This document shows, in pieces, positions 1 to 11,459 of a stretch of DNA of 34,117 nucleotides (its first letter is position 1; each line of letters begins with the position of its first letter). The stretch spans positions 29,217,384-29,251,500 of the forward strand of contig NC_068992.1 in NCBI RefSeq assembly GCF_001194135.2. Direction: 5' to 3'. A model generated the notes under the pieces. That model ran no database searches and was not told where the DNA came from. It was given only the letters and a program-made list of their open reading frames with translations. Origin of the DNA: Octopus bimaculoides (lineage: Eukaryota). The position numbers were made by a program, and so were the translations under genes.

Positions 1-1223
1 TATACATACATGCGATAAGCATACCGAGATTCAATTCAATATATATACTATGCTTGCATCGATTTCATAGGCAGGAAGTTAAATTGATTAATGAAAAGAA
101 AAAACATTTTGATGATTAAAAAAAATCTTCTTAATAAATGATTTTAATGATATGTAGATGAATTTTATGTAAAAATTATGCACATAAGCAATTTATTATC
201 ATTCTTACAACTATTCTGAGGGCAACAATAAAAAGTGATGCCCGAACATAAAGAACGAATTTACAATACCAAAAAAAAAAAAAGAATCAGTAACTTAGGA
301 ATTGTTAAATTTTTAGATCTATTCGGCACCGGAGTTCCAAATTATGCCAACTTAAGTGAGAAAATAGAGAACTGGGGATGTCAGTGCCATAATCTTTTCC
401 TGAATGACTTTGGCAAAATGTAGGCTTTTATTATCGTGTAAGAGCAACATTCTTTTACGATTAACCATCAATGACAATAATTCTCCTTATTAACCGTTTC
501 GATTTGAATTGATACTTCACGATAATATTCCACCGAACACAGAACATAACCTATTTTCAGGTGCAGTCCTGGTTTTGGGGGCGGATTCTGCTTTTTTCAG
601 TGGGTGCTTTTCATCCCTTGTATGGATTCTAAACATAGCACGTCTACTCTTCAATCACAAGGGAACAATCAATCAGTTTAGACAAGTTTCCTAGTTCATT
701 AAGATGTTTTATGATGAAAGTGTGACTTGAACTGTTTTGCCAATTGTTTTGCCAAATGCAGTTTGCTTTGGATTTCACTCAGATAAGGTTTGCAGATGCT
801 CAATGTAGTTTCCATTGCTGAAAAGCACTTTCTGGATTCATAGAGCATCCAGTGTTTATATGGGTTTGATCTAAACTCACAAAATTGATACAAGTTTAAT
901 CACTATGGTATACAGTAAATACATGCAAACAACGAAAAACAATGACAAGGTAAAAAGTTACACTTATTTCAATGTAAGTACTGGAAAAGTTCCATTCCGT
1001 CTATGATATATATAGTGGAATGATAAAAATAAAGATCTTGGGACAGTATTATATATATTTGAAAAAATGAGTAGAGATGGCTTTTTTTGTCGCGATAATT
1101 TTTATTTAATCTTTATAATGTTAATGATAATTTTGTTTAAAGTGAGTAAACATTATTATTGAGGTTAAAATAAAAATAAAAATTATAAAAATTTCCCCCC
1201 CACCGAGCCATGTCTACTAATGT

Positions 1224-1256
<33 letters not shown>

Positions 1257-1852
1257 NNNNNNNNNNNNNNNNNNNNNNNNNNNNNNNNNNNNNNNNNNNN
1301 NNNNNNNNNNNNNNNNNNNNNNNNNNNNNNNNNNNNNNNNNNNNNNNNNNNNNNNNNNNNNNNNNNNNNNNNNNNNNNNNNNNNNNNNNNNNNNNNNNNN
1401 NNNNNNNNNNNNNNNNNNNNNNNNNNNNNNNNNNNNNNNNNNNNNNNNNNNNNNNNNNNNNNNNNNNNNNNNNNNNNNNNNNNNNNNNNNNNNNNNNNNN
1501 NNNNNNNNNNNNNNNNNNNNNNNNNNNNNNNNNNNNNNNNNNNNNNNNNNNNNNNNNNNNNNNNNNNNNNNNNNNNNNNNNNNNNNNNNNNNNNNNNNNN
1601 NNNNNNNNNNNNNNNNNNNNNNNNNNNNNNNNNNNNNNNNNNNNNNNNNNNNNNNNNNNNNNNNNNNNNNNNNNNNNNNNNNNNNNNNNNNNNNNNNNNN
1701 NNNNNNNNNNNNNNNNNNNNNNNNNNNNNNNNNNNNNNNNNNNNNNNNNNNNNNNNNNNNNNNNNNNNNNNNNNNNNNNNNNNNNNNNNNNNNNNNNNNN
1801 NNNNNNNNNNNNNNNNNNNNNNNNNNNNNNNATATATATATATATATATACA

Positions 1853-2916
1853 CAGGGGATGGACAAAATGGAAACACCTTAAAATTTCAAATATATTTTA
1901 ACATAGAGTAGGACCGCCTTTGGCAGTAATTACAGCTTGAATTCTACGAGGTATGCATTCGTACAAAGTTTGAATTGTTTCCAAAGAAATGGTTATCCAT
2001 TCTTCAGCTAACACAGTCTCCAGTTCCTGTAGTGATGATGGAGCATATCGACTCGTTACGTGTTTTTCTAAAATGCACTATAAATGCTTAATAATATTGA
2101 GATCTGGGGATTGTGGTGGCCAGATAAGATGTTCAACTTCACTAGAATGTTCCGCGTGCCATTCAGTAACAACTTTATGTGTGTGAATTGGTGCATTATC
2201 ATCTTGAAAGATTGCGTTTCCCTCCGGAAACAGTTCCGCAACTATATGATGAATTTCATCAGATAAAATGCTTAAATAGTCTTCACAATTAATTTTGCTA
2301 TAAAGGGAAACCATTGGGCCGGCGGATTTCCACGATATCGCAATGCAGATCATTACAGATCTTCCGCCATGTTTAACAGTTGAAAGAAGGCAGTCTGGGT
2401 CAAATGGTTTTTTGGCTGTCTCCACACGTATACTCGGCCAATGCTCGAAAATAAGTTTAAGGATGACTCGTCCTAGAAAATAACATTCTTTCACTGCTCT
2501 AGGGACTAGTTCTGTGGGGTTTTACTCCACTCTAAACGCTTTGCAACGTTTGTTTTTGTTTTGCGATTGCAGCCCTCCCGTGAAATCCGGCTTTGTGCAG
2601 CTCCCGGCGAACAGCTTTTGTGGAAACTGGGTTCTCGAGGTGGTCATTAAGCTCTGCAGTAATTTTAGGAGCTGTACTTTTGTGATCCTTTCTAATAATT
2701 CACATAAGAGTCCGACGTTCCCTATCTGAGAGTTTTGGTTTTCTTCCGGAGTTTTGTTTCGACGAGGAGGTTTTTCCCTCTTTCTCAAAGGCTATCATTA
2801 CTTTCGAGACAGTACCTCTTGATACACCAAACATTTCGGCTGTTTTCATTACTCTAGGGCCTGGCATACGAGCACCAACAATTTGATCTCTTTAAAAGTG
2901 CGATAGATCTGTCATT
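1853..2916 (-). mobile_element. Tc1-family DNA transposon (one TIR visible; the other end presumably in the gap 2917-3231)
   Basis: CAGGGGATGGACAAAATGGAAACACC at 1853-1878 is a Tc1-type terminal repeat next to a (TA)n run, about 20 bp beyond the transposase stop; the transposase is on the minus strand. Confidence 0.93.
1898..2915 (-). pseudogene. Tc1-like transposase pseudogene, DD36E spacing, catalytic E mutated to K
   Basis: Manual translation from ATG 2915 gives MTDLSHF*RDQIVGARM..GVSRGTVSKV..NSGRKPKLSDRERR (paired-like HTH and GRPR-like motif), then NVIF*DES (first D), TVKHGG, FQDDNAPIH..WPPQSPDLNIIKHL*, and ..IPRRIQAVITAKGGPTLC* (TAA 1898-1900). It spans about 339 codons with at least 4 in-frame stops and 2 frameshifts. 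Confidence 0.95.
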
Positions 2917-3499
2917 NNNNNNNNNNNNNNNNNNNNNNNNNNNNNNNNNNNNNNNNNNNNNNNNNNNNNNNNNNNNNNNNNNNNNNNNNNNNNNNNNNNN
3001 NNNNNNNNNNNNNNNNNNNNNNNNNNNNNNNNNNNNNNNNNNNNNNNNNNNNNNNNNNNNNNNNNNNNNNNNNNNNNNNNNNNNNNNNNNNNNNNNNNNN
3101 NNNNNNNNNNNNNNNNNNNNNNNNNNNNNNNNNNNNNNNNNNNNNNNNNNNNNNNNNNNNNNNNNNNNNNNNNNNNNNNNNNNNNNNNNNNNNNNNNNNN
3201 NNNNNNNNNNNNNNNNNNNNNNNNNNNNNNNAAATGGGATATACCAATACTATATTTGCATACACATGCATAAACTAAGAATATGCAAAGGAAACTAATA
3301 AATTATAGTAACTGATGAATTTATATACAATTATAAATATTTAGGGGTGAAAAAAGTATTCGTATAGAATAAATTTATGAGTTTCTATGCCACAAAATAC
3401 TGTTAAAATAATTTCTTTTTACTAGAACTTTCTCGTTTGTTCCAGTAATCTTATCAGTGGTCATTTTTAAGTGTCAAAACGCTAGCTTCTTCAATCAGC

Positions 3500-5104
3500 A
3501 CTGAGACAAGGAAGAACAAGGAAGTGAATACGTAAAATTACTATATCTAAAAGACTTAAAACTTAGACCAATTATAGCTGGCCCAGAATGCCCCACACAT
3601 CATCTAAGCAATTTCGTCAACATTATTTTGAAAGCACTATGTATCTACATACCCAGCTTCATTCAGGATGATATCAATTTCCTGTCCCATCTTCACAAAA
3701 CAACTGAAACAAACTCAATCAATCCTACTGAGCTTTGATGTAGTAAGCCTTTACACCAATACCCTACATAATTTAGGAATAAAGGCGATTAAATACTGGG
3801 TAGATAAACATAGAAAAGCAATTTCCAACAGATTCACAGTGACATTTATAGTTGACCCTGTCAGACTTATTCTGGAAAACAACACTTTCTTCTTCAATGG
3901 AAAGAACTACATCCAAATTAAAGGCACGAGCATGGGAATGATGTTATCCCCCGATCACGCGAACTCGGTGATGGAATACTTAGAACAATAACTCTATCAG
4001 GAAATAGAGGAGAGATACAGCACTGAATTTAGGAAGTATATTGAAAAGACATAGAAGAGATACCTCGACGATTGCTTTCTTATCTGGACAAAATCTCAAA
4101 ACACTGTGGCAGAATTCAATATCCTCGTGAAGAACCTACTCCCATCTATCTAATTTACAAAGGAAATGAGCAGTACCAAATTACCATTCCTAGATATAAT
4201 AGTAATTACAAAGAACGCCACCATTACCACTGATATATATTATAAACACACATATACACACCAATACCTGAATTTTAAATCGTGCCATCCACCGCATACA
4301 AAAGGTAACATCCCATACTGTTTAGCCAGAAGAATCTGCACCATTGTAGAAGATCTGTAGATCAGGAATCAACGTCTGATGGAACTGAAAGAATTTCTGC
4401 TCAAACAAAAATACCCGTCACTACTTATAGAAAATGGTATTCAGCGGGTTATGAAAATACCCACACAACAACTGAGGACAACATAAAGAAGAGAAAAACA
4501 AGAACAAATCATACCATTTATAGTGACACATAATCCATGCCACCAGAACATCTTCAATATCGCTAAAGCAAACCTACCAATCATTACTCAAAGTAAGGAA
4601 TTAAGAGATATCATTACAGACCAAACTATAACTTTCAGTAAAAACAGCCTAATAGCTTGAAAAAGTTATTAACAAAGGCAAGGTTTGACCTTAGCAACAA
4701 AGAACAACCATTCACTGTGTCTAAATGCACTGATAGCCGATGCAGTACATGCCAATTAATTCATACCGGCCATATATGAACACAAAAACGGGGAAAATAT
4801 TCACAAACGCAAATATGAACTGCCAAAGCAGAAATTTAATCTACTGCATCAAATGCCTGAATTGTGAAGAACTGTATGTTGGCCAGACAGGCAATGCACT
4901 ATCAGAACACTCACGTGTGCACCGACAACAAATTAAAAATCCAGAGTCCGCCAAATACCGCTGAGTAACTATCTAGCAACATGTGGCCGGAAAATATTTA
5001 TAATATTTCCATTTCATAAACTATAAAATCCGAATGAAACCGGGAGAAAACTGAGAGAAAAGGAGTTTATTAATGAATTCAAACCAAAGTTTAATAAACA
5101 ATGA
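3500..5104 (+). pseudogene. PLE reverse transcriptase + GIY-YIG endonuclease pseudogene
   Basis: Motifs: LKLRPIIAGP (3556), SFDVVSLYTN (3731), QIKGTSMG, KRYLDDCF (YLDD 4061-4072), LPFLDI, DIYYKHT..QYLNFKSCHPPHTK. These are followed by CxxxRCxxC and NLIYCIKCLNCEELYVGQT (about 4830-4890), ending EFKPKFNKQ* at 5104. Multiple stops and frameshifts. Confidence 0.95.
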
Positions 5105-5340
5105 TAAAAAAATGATCTTATTTAAGGTTTTAAAGTCTTATCTCCATATCTAAAGAATAAAAATCTCTAAAAAGTACACTGTCATCATTTCTAAAAATAA
5201 TCACTGGAAAATGGTATGGCATCATTTCCAAACATAGACATGCAACTACTACTTCTATCCACTGGAATGTAGATAAAGGACAAAATTTAACCAATCAACC
5301 ACAGTTGAAAGCATTGAACACAACTGTCACCACAATTATA

Positions 5341-5383
5341 TGAACCTGAAGATTGCATAAATGCAAGAAAGTATACTAGTTCA
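5341..5383 (+). ncRNA. Minimal type I hammerhead ribozyme in the PLE terminal region
   Basis: TGAAC (stem I) - CTGAAGA - TTGCAT/AA/ATGCAA (stem II) - GAAA - GTATAC (palindromic stem III) - TA (CUA triplet) - GTTCA (stem I partner). All elements are in the correct order and pair. Confidence 0.85.
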
Positions 5384-5589
5384 ATAAGAATGGACATTTA
5401 ATATTTCATTTGTTTAATATGTCATTTGTTCAATAAGAATAGAGAATTAATACTTCATTTAATTTCTTTTTACTACATTATTTTATATCTTATATTAATA
5501 TTATAAGATTATAAATAAAACATGAAAAACAGAGTTGGAATTCCTTTGAGTAATATATTCTTCTATACACAATCGTGCAAACCCCTTTG

Positions 5590-5633
<44 letters not shown>

Positions 5634-6040
5634 GATGAATATGGTACTTAAGTTGAGGCAGCAGAATTTAGTACAGCATTATCCATACAATTTCAAAGTA
5701 AGGTGATTAAAATCAAAATAAGCAACAAGGATATCCAGAGGTAATGCAGTACGATAGTTTCATGCAACTCCATTTAATTGAATAATTCAGTCATTACATC
5801 AATTTAAAATGCAGAGCAATCCTCAGCTGCACAAAGACATAGAATTTAATTAAATTAGAACAGATGGACATATTAGTATAATTATACATAAATCTCCAAG
5901 AAGTTAAGGAGATAGACAAATAGCATGCTGCGTTCACTCCAGCATAGAAACTACTACGGTATGAATAAGATATACATTGTTACAGACTCTGCCTGTCACT
6001 GATTTTTTTGTTTTTATGGGGTCAATTTTACTATATGTAG

Positions 6041-6409
6041 ATTCATTTTATGTTTTTTTTCATTTTATCTAGTTTCAGCTCACGAGCTGTGGCCATGCTG
6101 GGGCACCGCCATTTGGTGTTGCTACACAATTTTATTTCACGAATTTTACTTCAGGAATCGACATTTGGTGCATGAGAGAGTTTGATGCAGCTGCTCTCAT
6201 CTGCGCCTCCTGCCGCGAAGTTGGTTCATCTGGGACTCCTGACAGGAAGAGGTCCAGCCTCGTCTTGAAGACACCTACATCCACCGCATGCAGGTCTCTC
6301 AGGTCCTTCGGGAAGATATTGAAGAGCTGTGGACCTTTGAAGCCCAAGCTATTGCAGTATCTTGTCCTACATCTTGATGGCAAATTTGGAGTCCTTGACA
6401 CTATGCAAT
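6041..6409 (-). mobile_element. CR1-like LINE 3' end (ORF2 C-terminus, 3' UTR, short repeat tail); remainder in gap
   Basis: ORF 6132-6401 reads ..GPQLFNIFPKDLRDL..VFKTRLDLFLSGVPDEP..RAAASNSLMHQ, a FKxxLDxFL C-terminal motif typical of CR1/L2-group ORF2. The 3' UTR has a stem-loop and an ATAAAATGAA-like tail. Clade assignment is from recalled motifs. Confidence 0.8.
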
Positions 6410-7605
6410 NNNNNNNNNNNNNNNNNNNNNNNNNNNNNNNNNNNNNNNNNNNNNNNNNNNNNNNNNNNNNNNNNNNNNNNNNNNNNNNNNNNNNNNNNNN
6501 NNNNNNNNNNNNNNNNNNNNNNNNNNNNNNNNNNNNNNNNNNNNNNNNNNNNNNNNNNNNNNNNNNNNNNNNNNNNNNNNNNNNNNNNNNNNNNNNNNNN
6601 NNNNNNNNNNNNNNNNNNNNNNNNNNNNNNNNNNNNNNNNNNNNNNNNNNNNNNNNNNNNNNNNNNNNNNNNNNNNNNNNNNNNNNNNNNNNNNNNNNNN
6701 NNNNNNNNNNNNNNNNNNNNNNNNNNNNNNNNNNNNNNNNNNNNNNNNNNNNNNNNNNNNNNNNNNNNNNNNNNNNNNNNNNNNNNNNNNNNNNNNNNNN
6801 NNNNNNNNNNNNNNNNNNNNNNNNNNNNNNNNNNNNNNNNNNNNNNNNNNNNNNNNNNNNNNNNNNNNNNNNNNNNNNNNNNNNNNNNNNNNNNNNNNNN
6901 NNNNNNNNNNNNNNNNNNNNNNNNNNNNNNNNNNNNNNNNNNNNNNNNNNNNNNNNNNNNNNNNNNNNNNNNNNNNNNNNNNNNNNNNNNNNNNNNNNNN
7001 NNNNNNNNNNNNNNNNNNNNNNNNNNNNNNNNNNNNNNNNNNNNNNNNNNNNNNNNNNNNNNNNNNNNNNNNNNNNNNNNNNNNNNNNNNNNNNNNNNNN
7101 NNNNNNNNNNNNNNNNNNNNNNNNNNNNNNNNNNNNNNNNNNNNNNNNNNNNNNNNNNNNNNNNNNNNNNNNNNNNNNNNNNNNNNNNNNNNNNNNNNNN
7201 NNNNNNNNNNNNNNNNNNNNNNNNNNNNNNNNNNNNNNNNNNNNNNNNNNNNNNNNNNNNNNNNNNNNNNNNNNNNNNNNNNNNNNNNNNNNNNNNNNNN
7301 NNNNNNNNNNNNNNNNNNNNNNNNNNNNNNNNNNNNNNNNNNNNNNNNNNNNNNNNNNNNNNNNNNNNNNNNNNNNNNNNNNNNNNNNNNNNNNGGTGAT
7401 GCGAAATGGAGTAATAAAGAATTTAAAGAGGACTTTAACCCTCGTGTAAAATGAAGGTTTGATGCGAGGGTAAGTGAAATAGCCTGCGGCGGCAAAAATA
7501 AGTAGCAGTCAGTAACAATAAAGACAAACTTAAGTCAACGATTCAGACATCGCTTTTTCTTTCTTTATAGTTCTCATGTGGTGTTTAATATAATTTATAA
7601 CATAT

Positions 7606-7791
7606 GCGCACGGCCTGAAATTTAAAAAGAGGGGTTTGACGATTAAATCGAACCCAATACTTGATTGGTACTTTATTAAACCAGGAATGATGAAAGGCAA
7701 AGTTAACTTCATCAGTATTTGAACTGGGAAAAAGAAAACGAGTCAAGGCATTTTGTCCGAGACTTCAACGAATTGGCAGATCCATCGTCCT
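7606..7791 (-). mobile_element. tRNA-derived SINE family A, degenerate copy
   Basis: Reverse complement of the 12865-13074 copy (shared TGGTACT..GATGAAAGGCAAAGT core). Confidence 0.7.
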
Positions 7792-7845
7792 AACATGACG
7801 CTTAACGTGGAACAGCTCCAGTCATAGTGAACCTAGGTATGTTTC

Positions 7846-7846
<1 letters not shown>

Positions 7847-7924
<78 letters not shown>

Positions 7925-7940
7925 GTCTGTCTGTCTGTGT
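7847..7940 (+). repeat. (CTAT)n microsatellite grading into (CTGT)n
   Basis: Directly visible. Other (ATCT)n tracts at 10290-10380 and 28439-28512. Confidence 0.98.
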
Positions 7941-8551
7941 CTGTCTCTCTGTCTCCCTCGCTCTCCCTCTCTCCGTTAATATACGTTAATCTCTTAATTT
8001 CTTTCATTATTTCTTTCTCTCAGTTTCTGATTCTGTCTGTACGTTATTGTTATTCCTGTTTATCACCGTCATCGTCATCGTCTTATTGATTAAAGTTTGA
8101 TATTATGCTTTATGTCTGTCGACTGTCGTCTGAATTCATGCGTTGTCAGAATGTATTTGAGGAAGGAAGAAAAAAAAAATCGCCTGATGATGATTAGAAA
8201 TTCGACTGACTGAATGAATGATTAATTTAAAGAATGAAGGGTATTGAAGAAAATAAAAATAAAAAATATTTTCTCGAACAGTGGTACTGCAGGATACTAT
8301 TAAAGTCAGCTTTTCAGCGTTAGATTATTTCTTTAGAACTGTCAGAAAGCACATAGAAAGGTATGGATGCCTATTTCTATCTCCAGTAGAATGATTATAC
8401 CAACATATAGAATAAGAAAGAAAACTGACAACTCTCCCCTTCTCTGTCTTATTGTCCCTCTCTTTCTGTACTCTCACACACATTTTATACACACTAGAAC
8501 ACACTCGGGCACTAATACATAGCTAATATAGATTTACCGGTCTTTCACTGT

Positions 8552-8552
8552 G

Positions 8553-8626
<74 letters not shown>

Positions 8627-8653
8627 CACACACACACACACACACATACACAC

Positions 8654-8690
<37 letters not shown>
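8552..8690 (+). repeat. Compound microsatellite (TC)n(TA)n(CA)n(TA)n(TG)n
   Basis: Directly visible. Confidence 0.98.
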
Positions 8691-10317
8691 CATGTTTTTC
8701 CATCTGTCTATAGCTGTTTATTCATTATCAAGCTAGACAAAGAAGCGAATGATTCAAGCAAGCAATCAATTAATCAATCACTCATTCATTCAATTGATCT
8801 GTATATCTATTTATCTAAATATCTATTTCAACTGATTGGTTGATTAATAAATAGACAGATTAACAAGGAACGTGATAGTTTTGTATTCTTACATTGGCAC
8901 GTGGTTGTTGATGAAAAGCAAAGAAGAATTAGGAAGAGATGTGACGTCACTTTATGCACCAGATTAAAAATAGAAGCTAGTCTATCTCTGTTGAGCTATT
9001 CAATTTATTGATGGATTTATGAAAGAATCACTCAGAATTTGAACATGAGACGTTAAAACTACGACATTTAAAACAACCAGACAAGCTGGTTCACTAAATT
9101 TGTCTTGTAGTTCTATTTTTGTTCATAATTTTCTAAACTATTTTATTGATCACTTAAGCTCCAAAAATAAAATTTCATTTTGTTAGATTTGAACAACTGA
9201 ACAGCCATCTTCAAACTAATTAGCAATGAATGATCGACGGAGCTCGTGGTCAAAGACATTCATGCTATGAGCATTCCTTTTTATGTAGAGGACCATGTTA
9301 TTAAAGATTCTATTTCTCAGGAGACTCGGAAACTACTTCTTTGAGAATTTGGAACAAAGTAAAGATTTCCATAGTGGCTTGATCGCTAATTTATTTGTAT
9401 TTGTTATATTCTTTTAGAGTGGTGCTCAATCTTATGTAGGTCTTTAATTTTCAAAGTCGATAAATACAATACCAGTTAATGCACCAGGTCGATTATTTAT
9501 TCATATCTTTCTCAAATCTTTGTTTCTCATCTTCACACTTTTTTAGGATTGGCAGCAACCGATAAGAAGGTGTCTTGTAAAATATTTCCTCAGAGGAATG
9601 GAACGGGAAATAACTTCCGTATATTCTCTGGAAATTTCCATAACAAGGACATATGGCTGGTCAATGAAATCACCATGGATAGTTTGTAGAACTGGTATTG
9701 CAGCATTCCTTTCAAGAGTAACACATTTAGTTCGATCATCATTGACCAACGAACAACGAGAGATCTACTTCATTGTTACTCTATAACAAATGGCTAGCAC
9801 GCCACTTTTGCATCTCACTCTATTCTCCCAGAAAAAAAAGGTAACACTGCATAAAGCAATCCTGGAAAAATTAAATTAGAAGAGAAAAGACATGAGATAT
9901 GATAGTTAGAGCTGGAATGGCGTTACTCTTAGCTCTACTTGATTATGATTACCAACAAACAACAAAAACAATTAATTAACAGATATGTAAGTCTGCTTGA
10001 AATTAAATTAATGTTTAAGTTCGATTCCGGAAACAGATCAGAGACACAGTGATGAGTTGCAGGAAAATGTGCGCTTCATAAGAGAACATACCTGTTAAAA
10101 ATCAATGTATGTTCATCGATAATTGTTGCCACGTGGGAGCCCAGAAAAGCTGACTATAAACAACTTTCAGTGAGAGAAACAGCTGCAGATNNNNNNNNNN
10201 TCCGTATATTCCAGGGAATACGCGGAAGTTTTTTCCCGGTTCATATGTATGTATGTATGTCTATATGTATATACACTCTCACATGTATATATATCTATCT
10301 ATCTGTCTGTCTATCTC

Positions 10318-10382
<65 letters not shown>

Positions 10383-10474
10383 ATATATATATATATATAT
10401 ATGCATACTCATAGACGCACACACATGCATAATGTACACATCTAAGTAAATATACTGAGTGCACACATATTGTT

Positions 10475-10615
10475 CCTAGTAATTTTGAACGAAGTCGGTT
10501 AGTCGACACCTTCTATTCTACCAGCTGATTGGTACTGTATTTTAAGTGCCTCGAAGGGATAAAAAAGCAGAGTTGACTTTGGCAAGATTTGAACCTAGAA
10601 TGGAAAGAATCGGGA
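10475..10615 (-). mobile_element. SINE family A, degenerate partial copy
   Basis: GATTGGTACTGTATTT..GAAGGGATAAAAAAGCAGAGTTGACTTTGGCAAGATTTGAAC aligns to the family A core. Confidence 0.6.
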
Positions 10616-10654
10616 AGAAAAAAAAAAATATATCTCTATACTATTTTATATTTT

Positions 10655-10860
10655 ACTCATTACAGTCATCTGACTGCGGCCATGCTGGGACACCACATCG
10701 AAGAATTTTTGTCGAATGAATCGACTCCAGCACTTACTTTGTAAAGACTGGTACTTATTCTCTCAGTTCTTTTGCCGAACCGCTAGCCTACGCGCAACAC
10801 CGGTTGTCAAAGGGTAGTGGACGGACAAACAAACTCAAAGTCACACACAACACAAACACA
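10655..10860 (-). mobile_element. SINE family B, 3' half
   Basis: CAGTCATCTGACTGCGGCCATGCTGG..GTACTTATTCT..TTTTGCCGAACCGCTA..CGGTTGTCAA is homologous to 24105-24446. Confidence 0.8.
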
Positions 10861-11459
10861 TGTATATACAAATACATGTATGTATANNNNNNNNNNNNNN
10901 NNNNNNNNNNNNNNNNNNNNNNNNNNNNNNNNNNNNNNNNNNNNNNNNNNNNNNNNNNNNNNNNNNNNNNNNNNNNNNNNNNNNNNNNNNNNNNNNNNNN
11001 NNNNNNNNNNNNNNNNNNNNNNNNNNNNNNNNNNNNNNNNNNNNNNNNNNNNNNNNNNNNNNNNNNNNNNNNNNNNNNNNNNNNNNNNNNNNNNNNNNNN
11101 NNNNNNNNNNNNNNNNNNNNNNNNNNNNNNNNNNNNNNNNNNNNNNNNNNNNNNNNNNNNNNNNNNNNNNNNNNNNNNNNNNTATATATATATATATATA
11201 TGTATATACATATGTGTATGTGTACTTTGTGCCTTCACCGACGTTACAATATCATACGGACGGCTCACCAGTGTATTTTAACCTAGAACGAAGACAACAG
11301 CACATATAACAATTATCAATGATATGATATCCACAGATGACCCAGCATACGCTAATCACTCCTGCCAGGAAACCTTTTTATTAGGAGACCGTTTCTTTAA
11401 CGATCGTGCGAATTTCAGGCAGAAATGCTGAATGCCTTTCCAAATTCTTGAAATTCACT

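Larger units (their letters stand above)
3500..5460 (+). mobile_element. Penelope-like retroelement (PLE), 5'-truncated and decayed, with 3' terminal (pLTR-like) region
   Basis: An RT is followed by a GIY-YIG endonuclease in one frameshifted reading path, and a hammerhead motif follows downstream. This is the standard PLE architecture. Confidence 0.93.

Noticed and set aside
571-602. CSPGFGGGFC, an EGF-like CxxGFxGxxC pattern after an AG
   Set aside because: No other cysteines in EGF spacing and no convincing donor; likely chance.
3312-3340. CTGATGA followed by a 7-bp hairpin (hammerhead-like)
   Set aside because: No GAAA after the hairpin, and no stem I or III.
3422-3460. Minus-strand CTGATAA..GAAA hammerhead-like remnant upstream of the PLE RT
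   Set aside because: Core is mutated, and stems I-III do not pair; cannot be supported beyond a possible inverted terminal fragment.
8183-8200. CTGATGA-TGATTA-GAAA
   Set aside because: Stem II is too short, and there is no stem I or III.
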